Source: an uncultured Verrucomicrobiae bacterium
GTDB lineage: Bacteria > Verrucomicrobiota > Verrucomicrobiia > Limisphaerales > JAFGQR01
NCBI GenBank assembly: GCA_963788655.1
Contig: CAWBHS010000049.1
Span: forward strand, 128,001 to 192,000
Direction of reading: 5' to 3'
Length of the DNA: 64,000 nt
Positions 19,827 through 29,886 of this stretch are shown here, in pieces. Within the stretch, counting starts at the first letter, position 1. Each line of letters opens with the position of its first letter. Under the pieces are notes generated by a model. It was not told where the DNA came from and made no database searches. It was given only the letters and a program-made list of their open reading frames with translations. A program made the translations under genes and the position numbers.

Positions 19827-21217
19827 GAGCGGTTCCTCCACCATTCCTTGAAGGTTTGCCGGGCAATGGGCGGTAGATCGCGCGTGCGGGTCCAAGCGCG
19901 GGCAGGGTCAACCGGGCTCCCTTTGATCCAGCCATGAAAGATTTGTCCCAACCGGCCGAACCGCGTCACCAACGACCAAAGGCTACGCGAGTTGGCCATC
20001 GGTGCGAACAGTTGGAAGGCCATTCGCTGCCACCACGACGGCTTCTGCGAGGCACTGTTGCGGCGGTTTTGCAGCAGGTGATGGTGCAGATCAATTTTGA
20101 CCGGACAAGCTTCGGTGCAGGCGCCGCACAGAGACGAAGCGAAGGAAAGATGTTTCCATTCCTGGAGATCGCGCAGATTGGGTGTGATCACTGCGCCAAT
20201 CGGGCCGCAGTAGGTGGTGCCGTAGGTATGGCCGCCGACGTTGCGGTATATCGGACACACGTTCAGGCAGGCGCCGCAGCGGATGCAGTGCAGGGCGTCG
20301 CGCTGTTCGGCGTCGGCGAGGATGGCCGTGCGATCGTTGTCGAGCAGTACCACGTGAAATTCCTCGGGGCCGTCCGCTTCGCCTTGCTGGCGCGGCCCGC
20401 CGTACATCGTGTTGTAGCCGCTGATCAATTGGCCGGCGCCAACGGTGGCCAGCATGGGCAGGAAAAGGGCGAGGTCGTCCAATCGCGGCAGGATTTTTTC
20501 GATGCCCAGCAGCGTGATCATGGTCTTGGGCAACGCCGCCGTCAGCCGGGCGTTGCCTTCATTTTCGGTGATGGAAATCATCCCCGTCTCGGCGATGGCA
20601 AAATTCGCGCCGGTGATGCCGACGTCGGCCTGAATGTATTTCTGGCGCAGCACGCGACGGGCGACCATGGTCAGTTCCTCGGGATTGTCGGAGGGCGCGT
20701 CGCCGAGCTTGCGTTGGAAAACGTCCCGGATTTCGCCGCGCGTCAGGTGCATTGCCGGGAAGACGATGTGATACGGCGGTTCCTCCCGGAGTTGCACGAT
20801 GAACTCGCCCAAGTCGGATTCGACCACTTCATGCCCCGCCTTTTCCAGCGCTTCGTTGAGGTGAATTTCCTCGGCGGTCATGGCCTTGGATTTGACAATG
20901 GCGCGGGCGCCTTTGCTTTTGACAACTTCCAGAATGATTTCGCACGCCTGTTGGGCGGTGGTGGCCCAATGCACCTTGGTGCCGCGCGCTTCGAGGCCGC
21001 GCACGAACTGGTCGAGATACGTATCGAGATGATTAACGCCTTCCCATTTGATGGCCGCGGCCAGTTTCCGGGCACCCTGCCAATCCTGGAACAGGCTTTT
21101 CTTTTCGTCGCGCTTGACTTCGTATTTGCTCAGCGCGCCGTGAATGATCTGGCGGTGCCGCAGGTCGGACGTGAGCCGGCGGGAAGCGAGGTTAAATTGG
21201 GTGGCGGGGGAGGTCAT
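19823..21217 (-). CDS. lutB: Lactate utilisation protein B (Fe-S)
   Basis: ESDLGEFIVQL, ENEGNAR, CIRCGACLNVCP and SSLCGACTEACPVKI. Confidence 0.95.
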   Translation of the reverse strand: MTSPATQFNLASRRLTSDLRHRQIIHGALSKYEVKRDEKKSLFQDWQGARKLAAAIKWEGVNHLDTYLDQFVRGLEARGTKVHWATTAQQACEIILEVVKSKGARAIVKSKAMTAEEIHLNEALEKAGHEVVESDLGEFIVQLREEPPYHIVFPAMHLTRGEIRDVFQRKLGDAPSDNPEELTMVARRVLRQKYIQADVGITGANFAIAETGMISITENEGNARLTAALPKTMITLLGIEKILPRLDDLALFLPMLATVGAGQLISGYNTMYGGPRQQGEADGPEEFHVVLLDNDRTAILADAEQRDALHCIRCGACLNVCPIYRNVGGHTYGTTYCGPIGAVITPNLRDLQEWKHLSFASSLCGACTEACPVKIDLHHHLLQNRRNSASQKPSWWQRMAFQLFAPMANSRSLWSLVTRFGRLGQIFHGWIKGSPVDPARAWTRTRDLPPIARQTFKEWWRNRS

Positions 21218-21235
21218 TGGGAGCTAGGGGGGAGC

Positions 21236-21374
21236 GATGCTGGATACCGGATGCCGGATGCCGGATCGAAGTTGCCGTATGGGTGTCGGAGTCGGATGGC
21301 AGCACCAATTCGCTGTCGAGCCAGGCATTTTTGCTCGGACAAATCCAGAGTCTGGTATCCGGTATCTGGCATCC
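21236..21374. repeat. Inverted blocks of 7-bp tandem repeats (GATRCYG)n between lutA and lutB
   Basis: GATGCTG GATACCG GATGCCG GATGCCG at the left end and the complementary TCTGGTATCCGGTATCTGGCATCC at the right end. Confidence 0.7.
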
Positions 21375-21382
21375 ATCCCTCC

Positions 21383-22102
21383 TCACCCTTCCCCCGCCAG
21401 TATTTCCGCCAAATGAATCGTCTTGATCGGTTTGCCCTGGCGGTCAATCAAGCCTTGCAAGTGCATCAAACAACTCGAATCGCAGGAGGCAATGTATTCG
21501 GCGTTGGTGTCGAGGGCTGACGCGCATTTGACTTCACCCATGGCGGTCGAGATCATGGGGAACTTGGCGGAGAAGGTGCCTCCGAAGCCACAGCACGTTT
21601 CGGCGGCGCCCATTTCTACGAGTTCCAGTTCGCGCACGTTGGCCATCAACGCGCGGGGCGGTTGTTTGTTGTTCAACTCGCGCAGACCATGGCAGCCGTC
21701 GTGGAAGGTGACTTTGTGCGGGAAGCGGGCGCCCAGATCGGTCACGCCGAGTTTGTTCACGAGAAAGGCGGTGAACTCGTAACATTTCGGCGCCAGCTCC
21801 CGCGCTCGTTGTTCATACGGGGTGCCGGCGAACAGCTCCGGATAAAACACCTTGATCATCGCCCCACAGGATCCGGACGCAATGACGACAACTTCAGCAT
21901 CTTTGAGCTGATCGATGACCTTTTCCGCCACGTCGCGGCTTTCCTGCCAATAGCCGGTGTTAAAGGCGGGTTGGCCGCAGCAGGCAGGGCTTTCCGGGCA
22001 GACCACCTGGTGGCCGAGTTTCTCCAGAATTCGCACCATGCTGATCCCTACCTGCGGGTAAAGCAGGTCAATAAAGCATGGTATGAACAGCGTTACTTTC
22101 AT
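21383..22102 (-). CDS. lutA: Lactate utilisation protein A (CCG-domain Fe-S oxidoreductase)
   Basis: LFIPCFID, CCGQPAFNTG, SGSC, FHDGCH, CCGFGGTF and SCLMHL. Confidence 0.95.
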   Translation of the reverse strand: MKVTLFIPCFIDLLYPQVGISMVRILEKLGHQVVCPESPACCGQPAFNTGYWQESRDVAEKVIDQLKDAEVVVIASGSCGAMIKVFYPELFAGTPYEQRARELAPKCYEFTAFLVNKLGVTDLGARFPHKVTFHDGCHGLRELNNKQPPRALMANVRELELVEMGAAETCCGFGGTFSAKFPMISTAMGEVKCASALDTNAEYIASCDSSCLMHLQGLIDRQGKPIKTIHLAEILAGEG

Positions 22103-22160
22103 AGGCCGTGGCCAAAGGTTAAGTCAGCCCCGCTCGGTCGTCCATCTTATTTGGCGCCCT

Positions 22161-22275
22161 GTAGGACCGCCGTCCCGGCGATCCCGAACGGTGAGGGGTG
22201 TTTGGAAGTTGATGGACGTGCTGTAAGAAACGGGCGTCCTTTGGCAGTTCGGGACAGGCGAGACGCCTGTCCTAC
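22161..22275. repeat. REPIN/MITE family A, copy 1 (GTAGGAC...GTCCTAC)
   Basis: Inverted arms GTAGGACCGCCGTCCCGGCGATCCCGAAC and GTTCGGGACAGGCGAGACGCCTGTCCTAC. Related copies at 28463 and 49432. Confidence 0.8.
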
Positions 22276-22324
22276 GTTGCCGGGAGCCAGCATACGCATC
22301 CGCACTTTCGTCACGGCGGCGCTT

Positions 22325-24820
22325 TCAGTGGGCCTCGGCTTTTGCCTGGGATTGTCCCCAGAGTATGCGCGCCACAAACACGGCATTGTCGGCGCCGCGT
22401 TTCATGGGGACGGTGTAATCATGAGGATTCGGCCCGGTGGTTTGCATCCACTCGGTCACGGTCACCCAGGTTTCCCGTGGGCTGATTGCCGTCACCCCAA
22501 AATTGCCCAGCCGCGCGCCGCGTTCCGGTACCAGCACACGCTCGGTCGAGCGGAGGACTCGTAGGTGTTCCGGATCCACCTGGGCCATAAACAACGGCGC
22601 CCGGTGACGAAAAACGTGATCGTTGTTGGCGCCACGCCGCGTATAAACGAGGAACAGCCCGTCCGGCTGCGTCACCCAATGTTGCTGCGTGTTGTAGTTG
22701 CCCAAAGGCGTGCCATCGTTCCATAGCCAGCGTTGCGGTTTTCCGAAGTGCAGGCCGTCTTCGCTCGTGCAGACGTAACCCGCCTGGTCGTGCCGCAAGG
22801 TCAGATAGTAACGATCCCGGTGCCGGGTCAGTGACGGTTCCCCCAGGCCGCGCGCGGAGTTCACCGCCAGCTCATTGCCTTGCTCCAGGAACGTCAGTCG
22901 CCGGCCATCGAAGGCGCAACGCAGCACCGTCACGCGGGTGAACTTTTCGTCGTGGCCTTTGAAGCAAATCGGCAGCAGGATTTCGCCATTGGGCAAGTCG
23001 AACCGTTGCACGCACCCGGCGCCGGCATTGTAAAACTTCTCGGGATCGGGCATGGCCAAGGTTTCCCAGCGGGTCCATTCGGGTTGCGCCGGATCGTACA
23101 CCGAGTAGCACGTTTCCCGCTGGCGGTTAGGGATCACGCGATTGTTGCGGTAGCGGACGGTGTGCCCGATGCCGAGCAGTTTGCCGGTGGCCGCGTGCCA
23201 TTGAGGCCAGAAGTCACAGGCCGCCACCGTAACGCCTCCCGGTTCGTCCCGTCGCCCGAGGGTTTCACTGTGTTCGACCGGGCCGGTCCACGTTTTGCCG
23301 AGATCGTCGGTGCGCATATCATTGAGCGCGTAAAAGACATCGCTTCCCGACAGCAGCAGCTTCTGCATTGTGAGCACGACGGTGGGTGGATGGCCGGGAA
23401 TGGCGCCGGCGCGGGCGTGGACCCAACAGGTCCGCTGGTCAAATCCCGTGCGAATGGTATCCAGTTGCACGGAGTAATCGACCGCTGCGAACCGGTTCGT
23501 GTGAACCGTATCGTTGCGCCAGTAATCCGCATGGTAACTCGGCCCGTCTTTGTTCCAGACTTTGCTGACAATATCCACGTCGCCATCGCCGTCCACGTCA
23601 CCCAGGCTCGCATCGTGCCAACCAGGATTGTCCTCCTGAATCACCTGCGGAGAAAAGGTGGGCGGGTTCGCTCCGGAATTGATCCAGATCACCCCGCGCT
23701 CTTTGAGACCCTTGGGCTTCATGGGCAGTTTGCCGCCGGAAACCATGTACGTGTCCGGGTCTTCCTGTTCGCCGGCGAAGACGTCCGGATCGCCGTCTCC
23801 GTCAAAATCGGCCACGCCCAGCGAGTGCCAGGAACCGGTGCCCGGCACACTGCCCGGAGAGGTGGGCGGATCGGGTAACTGGAAGCGCTGCCAGTCGCGA
23901 CCACGGCCTTGGTTCCTCACCCAATAAACGTGACCGCTGCCGGTGTCGCAGTCGCTATAGACAATGTCCAGCGCGCCATCGCGGTCGAGGTCCGCCACCC
24001 AACTGCGAATGCTGGTTCCGTAACTGGCCTTGGGAATCGCCAAGTGCGGCCAGGCATGCCGGGCCCAAGTCCCTTTGCCCGAGCCGGGATTCTCGAACCA
24101 CCAACCCGCAATCACCAGGTCCACGTCACCGTCGCCGTCCACGTCGCCGGCGCCCTTCGGCGTGAGGCCGCCGTGCTGATCCAGGCCTTGCGCCACCATA
24201 TTGCCGGCCAGGGAGTGTGCGGGATCGTACCAAACGAGCTGCTTGCCGTCGAACGTGACAATGTCCCGCCGGCCATCGCCATTGATGTCGGCCGCCAACA
24301 GATCGTGGCCATTGCCGGGGAAGGGATTCATCGGCCAGGCGGCGTCGGGATGTTCGCGCAAGGTACCGGGATTCTGGAACCAGACAAAGCTGAACACCAG
24401 GTCGGTCCATCCATCGCCATCGACGTCCAGGGCGGTGGCGCCGAGCGACTGTTTCACCTGCTCCGAGTCGCACACCAAGTGCTGAACCCACTTCGCATCC
24501 GACCGGCGTTCGTACCACCAGAAACCGTGCGCATCCCGGCGCGACAACGCCGTGTCCAGGTCGCCATCACCATCGAAGTCGGCCAGCGGCGTTCCGGCAA
24601 TACCCCAGGCGGTGCCGGGAAGAGGATCGGCAATGGTGAAATGCCGGAAACGAAGTTCGGCCGCGCCCAGCGAGCCAATCGCCAGCCCACAGGCCAGTAG
24701 CGGCAACCAGAGTGATTTGAACCCAACCGTGTCTGACAAGGCGAGGCGGCAGGTCGGAGGGAGATGGGAATCTGCCACCGCGGAGGATGCCGACGTTTCG
24801 CAATTTGAGTTTGCAGGCAT
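22325..24820 (-). CDS. FG-GAP/VCBS repeat beta-propeller fused to a sialidase-like (BNR) domain; start uncertain
   Basis: Repeated D(F/V/I)DGDG.D motifs in the N-half. Asp-box-like TDDLGKTW and SEDGLHF plus RHRAPL and RGARLGNFG in the C-half. Confidence 0.75.
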   Translation of the reverse strand: MPANSNCETSASSAVADSHLPPTCRLALSDTVGFKSLWLPLLACGLAIGSLGAAELRFRHFTIADPLPGTAWGIAGTPLADFDGDGDLDTALSRRDAHGFWWYERRSDAKWVQHLVCDSEQVKQSLGATALDVDGDGWTDLVFSFVWFQNPGTLREHPDAAWPMNPFPGNGHDLLAADINGDGRRDIVTFDGKQLVWYDPAHSLAGNMVAQGLDQHGGLTPKGAGDVDGDGDVDLVIAGWWFENPGSGKGTWARHAWPHLAIPKASYGTSIRSWVADLDRDGALDIVYSDCDTGSGHVYWVRNQGRGRDWQRFQLPDPPTSPGSVPGTGSWHSLGVADFDGDGDPDVFAGEQEDPDTYMVSGGKLPMKPKGLKERGVIWINSGANPPTFSPQVIQEDNPGWHDASLGDVDGDGDVDIVSKVWNKDGPSYHADYWRNDTVHTNRFAAVDYSVQLDTIRTGFDQRTCWVHARAGAIPGHPPTVVLTMQKLLLSGSDVFYALNDMRTDDLGKTWTGPVEHSETLGRRDEPGGVTVAACDFWPQWHAATGKLLGIGHTVRYRNNRVIPNRQRETCYSVYDPAQPEWTRWETLAMPDPEKFYNAGAGCVQRFDLPNGEILLPICFKGHDEKFTRVTVLRCAFDGRRLTFLEQGNELAVNSARGLGEPSLTRHRDRYYLTLRHDQAGYVCTSEDGLHFGKPQRWLWNDGTPLGNYNTQQHWVTQPDGLFLVYTRRGANNDHVFRHRAPLFMAQVDPEHLRVLRSTERVLVPERGARLGNFGVTAISPRETWVTVTEWMQTTGPNPHDYTVPMKRGADNAVFVARILWGQSQAKAEAH

Positions 24821-24937
24821 GTCGGACTTTATTCCGTACGGGGAGATGCTTCCATGCAAAAAAAACACGGGGCAAAGAACCCCCGGGCTTCCCAGCAATT
24901 TCGTCCCATGAAGCTCGACAATACTCCGGAGAAGTTT

Positions 24938-24962
24938 GGGCCCGACGGAGTCTCGCCCTGCC
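24938..24962. repeat. REP family B copy
   Basis: Reverse complement GGCAGGGCGAGACTCCGTCGGGCCC matches 40557..40585. Confidence 0.6.
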
Positions 24963-24986
24963 GTCCCAATGCCCTATCGACAAGCT

Positions 24987-26785
24987 TTACGCCACCGCCG
25001 GTTCCGCCCATTTGCCGTGTTCCTTGATGAGGTCCACCAGGCGATCCACGGCTTCGGCTTCGGGGATGTTGAATTTCACCGCCTTCTTGCCGACGTAGAG
25101 GTTGATCTTGCCCGGCGCGCCGCCGACGTAACCGAAGTCCGCGTCCGCCATTTCGCCCGGGCCGTTCACGATGCAGCCCATGATGGCAATCTTCACGCCT
25201 TTGAGATGCTCGGTGCGCGCTTTGATGCGGGCGGTGACGGTTTGGAGATTGAACAGCGTGCGACCGCAACTCGGGCAGGCCACGTAATCGGTTTTGAAGG
25301 AACGGCAGCCCGCCGCTTGCAGAATGTTGTAGGCCAGCCGCAGCGACTGGCCGGCGCCGGTTTCGCCGCGGACGAGAATCGCGTCGCCAATGCCGTCGGC
25401 CAGCAGCGAGCCGATGACCACCGAGGCGCGCAAGCAGAGCGATCTTCGGCTCCAGCGGTGTCGGCTTCGAACACCAGGCAATCCTTCAGCAGAATGGGAT
25501 TGTTCCGGCCCAGCCGTTTGAGCTTGGCCGCCAGCAGGCGGAAGGCGGTGATGGCCGGGAAGCGTAACGCCGTCTTTCACCGTGACAAGTTGCGTGTCGC
25601 AATTCGACGCTCGAAGTCCGGTCGTCGGATCGAGCTCGAGGACGTTCAGATCTTCATAGACCGCTTCGGGTTTCACATCCTCCTGCGGGCGGATTTTTGG
25701 GGCGACTTTGTCCCACGTGGCGCGGGTGACGACGACGCGCATCAGTCTGTTCGCCGCCGCATTTAAGGCCGTTGGCGTCCAGTTCGATTTCCGGTGTCGG
25801 CGCGGCGCTGGAAGGTGAAGGGATCGAAGGCCAGCGGCAGTGCCGGAACGTCGAATAGTCGTAATTGGTCAGCGACCGGAATCTGCGCCAGCAGATCGCG
25901 GCAGACTGGAATTTCGTGCGGCGAATCTTCGGTGAGCGAAACGCGGATCGTGTCGCCCAGGCCGTCGCACAAGCAGCGAGCCAATGCCGATGGCGCTCTT
26001 GATGCGGCCATCCTCGCCTTCGCCGGCTTCGGTGACGCCGAGATGGATCGGGTAATTCCAGTCCGGTCCCAATTCCTGTCCAGGCGCGCCGACCAGCAGC
26101 CGGTAGCACTCGATCATGACCTTCGGATTGCTGGACTTCATCGAGAACATGAAGTTGTGGAAGTCGTGCTTGCGGGCGATGCGGGCAAATTCCAGCGCGC
26201 TCTCGACCATGCCCAGCGGCGTGTCGCCGTAGCGGTTCATGATGCGGTCGCTGAGCGAGCCGTGATTGGTGCCGATGCGCATCGCGCGACCGTTGGCTTT
26301 GCAAGCATTCCACCAGCGGCGTGAACTGTTCCTCGATGCGCTGAAGCTCAGCTTGATATTGCTCGTCGGTGTATTCCTTGACGGCAAACTTCTTCGTGTC
26401 GGCGTAGTTGCCAGGATTGACGCGGACCTTCTCCACCCATTTGGCGGCTTCCATCGCCGCCTCGGGCTTGAAATGGATGTCCGCCACAGATCGGCACTTG
26501 GCAGCCGCGCGCGCGCAGTTCCCGACGATGTGTTTCCAGATTGGCCGCGTCTTTGACCGTCGGCGCGGTGATGCGCACGATCTGGCAGCCGACGGCCACC
26601 AGGTCGAGCGTTTGCTGCACGCACGCCGCGGTGTCCATCGTGTCGCACGTCAGCATGGACTGCATCACGATGGGATGCTCGCCGCCGATGATTACGGCCT
26701 GGCGAGCGGCATCACCCACGGGCACTTCCCGGGTGTGACGGCGGTGATAGAAATACGGTGAGTCGCAGTAGGACTGGGGGGTCAT
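24987..26785 (-). CDS. ispG: Long-form HMBPP synthase IspG, broken by multiple frameshifts
   Basis: [65 protein letters not shown] and [10 protein letters not shown] are spread across different frames. Confidence 0.88.
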
Positions 26786-28194
26786 TGCGCAGTGTCTTTG
26801 GGAGCGAACTTCAGTTGCGGGAGTTCTGATGCCCGGCGTTTCCAGGGCAACTCCTGTACGTCGTAAAAGGCGATGTAAAGCATGAAGCCGATCAGCAGCA
26901 AGGCGCAACCGGTCTGCACGATCTGCACGATTTTACCGCTGAGCGGCCGGCGGAACACTCCTTCGAACAACGCCAGCACAATGTGCCCGCCGTCGAGCAC
27001 GGGGATGGGCAGCAGATTGAGCAGCGCCAAATTGACGTTCAACAGCACGCTGAACCAGAGCACCATCCGCCAGCCGTCTTCGGTTTGGAATAGGATGTAA
27101 TAGACGCTGATGATTTTGATGAAGCCGCCCAAGTGCTGCGGACTGACTTCCGACTTCGGAGAGAACAACGCGTCGAAGGTGCTGAACATGGCCGACAAGC
27201 TGTCCCAGATTTGTTCGACCGGACTGGGATACTTGAGCGCCAGGCGCCCGCTTTGTCCCCAAAGGATGCCCAGCCGCGGTTTGTCGTCCGGGGGCTGGAG
27301 GGGCACTTCGGGAGCCAGGGCGACCTTGAATTCGTTCGTGCCGCGGGCAATGGTCAAGGTCACCTGGTTGGTGCCCTTCTCGCCAATGAAGTCGGACACC
27401 ATCGCCGGATGAACAATTGTGTGGCCGCCTACCGCCACCACTTCGTCTCCCGGTTCCAAACCTGCCAGGGCGGCGGGGCTGTTGGTATAGACCTTTCCGA
27501 TCACCGCAGGCTGAGCCGGTTCGATTTGAATTTCGCGCAGCGGTTTGCGCTGCCAGGCCTTGGCCTTTTCTCGGGTGGGTTTGACCTCGATGTGGTGAAC
27601 TTGTCCGTCCCGCTCGAACGAGATGGGAATCGTCTCGCCTTCGCTGCGGATGACGCGCCATTGAATGCTCTGCCCCATACCGCCGAACTTGCACACCGGT
27701 TGGTTGTCCACGCTGAGGATTTTATCGCCGGCTTCCAATCCCGCCTTGGCGGCCGGGCCATCCGGAATTACATAGCCGACGAGGGTGGTCGTTTCGGCTT
27801 CGCTCACCGGACGGCCAATCATCCACACCACGAACGCAAAGAGAATGGCCAACCCAAAACTGAACAACGGCCCGGCAAAGGCCACAATGATTTTGTCGAA
27901 GGGGGAAATGGGGGGAAGCTCTTCCGCGTCGGCTTCGGTTTTGCCCTCGATCGTCTCCATGGTGGCCATTTGCGGCAGCGAGACATAACCTCCGGCCGGG
28001 ATGGTGCCCAGCACGTATTCGACCCCCTTGAATTTGGTCTTCCAGAGGGGCTTGCCAAACCAGATCGCGAACCGCTCAATCTTCAACCCGCGCCAGCGGG
28101 CCGCCAGAAAGTGGCCCAGCTCATGGACAAAAATCAACAGGTTGAAGAGCACGAGCACTTCCAGACAAATAAAGATGATTTTCAGAATCTGCAT
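26782..28194 (-). CDS. rseP: RIP metalloprotease RseP (M50, two PDZ domains)
   Basis: HELGH, GGYV, AGPLFS and NLLPIPVLDGGH. Confidence 0.95.
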   Translation of the reverse strand: MQILKIIFICLEVLVLFNLLIFVHELGHFLAARWRGLKIERFAIWFGKPLWKTKFKGVEYVLGTIPAGGYVSLPQMATMETIEGKTEADAEELPPISPFDKIIVAFAGPLFSFGLAILFAFVVWMIGRPVSEAETTTLVGYVIPDGPAAKAGLEAGDKILSVDNQPVCKFGGMGQSIQWRVIRSEGETIPISFERDGQVHHIEVKPTREKAKAWQRKPLREIQIEPAQPAVIGKVYTNSPAALAGLEPGDEVVAVGGHTIVHPAMVSDFIGEKGTNQVTLTIARGTNEFKVALAPEVPLQPPDDKPRLGILWGQSGRLALKYPSPVEQIWDSLSAMFSTFDALFSPKSEVSPQHLGGFIKIISVYYILFQTEDGWRMVLWFSVLLNVNLALLNLLPIPVLDGGHIVLALFEGVFRRPLSGKIVQIVQTGCALLLIGFMLYIAFYDVQELPWKRRASELPQLKFAPKDTAQ

Positions 28195-28326
28195 ACGTTA
28201 GCCTTAGCGCCAAGCTTAAGGCATGCCTGAATATAGCCAAGGAACTGAGACTGGCAATCGTGGAGTGGGGAGGCTGCAAGCCGAAGGTCCGCAATCCCAG
28301 CTCCGACCATTGTGCGTCGAGTCTTG

Positions 28327-28445
28327 GAGACTGTTTGAAAACTCGTCTGAATGGAGAGGCGAAAGGTTCGGAGTCCCGCCGTCAGTCGGATCAGGCCCCA
28401 CGCTGCCAAAATGCGGACTCCAAACTTGAATTTCCAAACAGGCTC
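28327..28445. mobile_element. MITE-like element with 18-bp imperfect terminal inverted repeats enclosing a GGAGTCCCGCC-type REP doublet
   Basis: GAGACTGTTTGAAAACTC ... GAATTTCCAAACAGGCTC (15/18 complementary). Internal GGAGTCCCGCC ... GCGGACTCCAAAC also occurs near 55330-55430. Confidence 0.55.
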
Positions 28446-28451
28446 TTCGTT

Positions 28452-28639
28452 GTGACTATTCCGTAGGACAGGCGTCCCGCCGGTCTCGAACGACTGCAAA
28501 CTATCGACTTGTACCGCGGCGCCGGGAGTCTCTCCAGGTCACCAAAAGGTGAGGATGCCTTTGGCTATTCGAGACAGGCGAGACGCCTGTCCTACCACGC
28601 CGAATCGCCTCATCGTTGCTCCAGCTACTGAATAGTCAC
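28452..28639. mobile_element. MITE-like element with GTGACTATTC termini containing REPIN family A copy 2 (28463..28595)
   Basis: GTGACTATTCCGTAG ... CTACTGAATAGTCAC (14/15 inverted). Internal GTAGGACAGGCGTCCCGCC ... GACAGGCGAGACGCCTGTCCTAC. Confidence 0.6.
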
Positions 28640-28716
28640 GGCTCAGAAGGAGTCCTGAGTCAAGATTTCGCTCCATCGGATTTCGGATTTCGGACCTTCT
28701 GATTTTCCCCTGCCCA

Positions 28717-29856
28717 TTATCCTCGGACCGCTTCCCGCCGCGCCCACGCGTCGGCTTCGAGGATTTGGTCGAGGGTGGGATGCGGAACGACCTGGTGTCG
28801 GCTCATCGTTTGGGACACCACGTCTGGAATCTGGTCAAAGCGGATGCGTTGATTGCAGAAAGCGTCCACGGCAACTTCGTTGGCTGCGTTGAAGACGGCC
28901 GGTAGCGTACCCGCCTGTTCGGCGGCCTGGCGGGCCAATTGGAGGGCGGGGAAACGTTCCGGATCAGGTTCTTCGAAGGTCAGATTACCGATTTGTGCCA
29001 GGTTGGTTTGGACGCGTTCACTGCGCAACCGTTCGGGGTAGGTCAGCGCGTATTGGATGGGCAGGCACATGTCCGGCGTCGAGAGCTGCGCCAACAGCGA
29101 GCCATCGATGAATTCCACCATCGAATGGACCACGCTTTGCGGATGGACCACCACCGACAATCGCTCGATCTCGATGCCGAACAACCAGCGCGCCTCGATC
29201 ATTTCCAGTCCCTTGTTGAACAGCGTGGCGGAATCGATGGTGATTTTGCGGCCCATTACCCAGGAGGGATGTTTGAGCGCACGTTCCACCGTGATGCCGG
29301 GAAACTCGGTTTTGGGCGTAGTGCGGAACGGGCCGCCCGAAGCGGTCAGCCACAGGCGCCGCACGGACTCCGTGGGCTTGCCGTCCAGACATTGGAAGAT
29401 GGCCGAATGCTCGCTGTCCACCGCCAACACGCGCACGCCGTTCTTGGCGGCTTCGCTCATCACAATTTCGCCGGCCATGACCAGGATTTCCTTGGACGCT
29501 ACGGCAATGTCTTTGCCGGCGCGAATGGCCGCCAGCGCCGGTTGCAATCCAGCGGTCCCCACGATGGCAATCAGCACGATGTCCGCGGCCGGCAGCGTGG
29601 CAAGCTTGAGCAATCCTTCCGCGCCGGAATGGACTTCAACGGTGGTGCCAAGGGCTTCCTGCAACGCCCGGGCCTTCGCCGGATCCTGGATGGAAATGGC
29701 CTCGGGTAGGTGCCGGCGGGTTTGTTCCAGTAACAACTCCACATTGTTGCCGGCCGCCAGACCAAGCAGACGGATATGATCCGGCAAGTCCTGCGCCACC
29801 TTGATGGTGCTGGTGCCGATCGATCCGGTGCAGCCAAGTAGAACGACGTTTTTCAT
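28717..29856 (-). CDS. dxr: 1-deoxy-D-xylulose-5-phosphate reductoisomerase
   Basis: LLGCTGSIG, VDSEHSAIFQ, LTASGGPFR, HPSWVMGRKITIDSATLFNKGLE and NAANEVAV. Confidence 0.97.
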   Translation of the reverse strand: MKNVVLLGCTGSIGTSTIKVAQDLPDHIRLLGLAAGNNVELLLEQTRRHLPEAISIQDPAKARALQEALGTTVEVHSGAEGLLKLATLPAADIVLIAIVGTAGLQPALAAIRAGKDIAVASKEILVMAGEIVMSEAAKNGVRVLAVDSEHSAIFQCLDGKPTESVRRLWLTASGGPFRTTPKTEFPGITVERALKHPSWVMGRKITIDSATLFNKGLEMIEARWLFGIEIERLSVVVHPQSVVHSMVEFIDGSLLAQLSTPDMCLPIQYALTYPERLRSERVQTNLAQIGNLTFEEPDPERFPALQLARQAAEQAGTLPAVFNAANEVAVDAFCNQRIRFDQIPDVVSQTMSRHQVVPHPTLDQILEADAWARREAVRG

Positions 29857-29886
29857 TTTGATCAGCGCGTCTTCATCCCGTCCTGT

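Noticed and set aside
8694..22102. Fucosidase, galK and lutABC as one fucose-to-lactate catabolic locus
   Set aside because: The genes are dispersed, on different strands and interleaved with unrelated genes; no fucose isomerase, kinase, aldolase or microcompartment genes are present.
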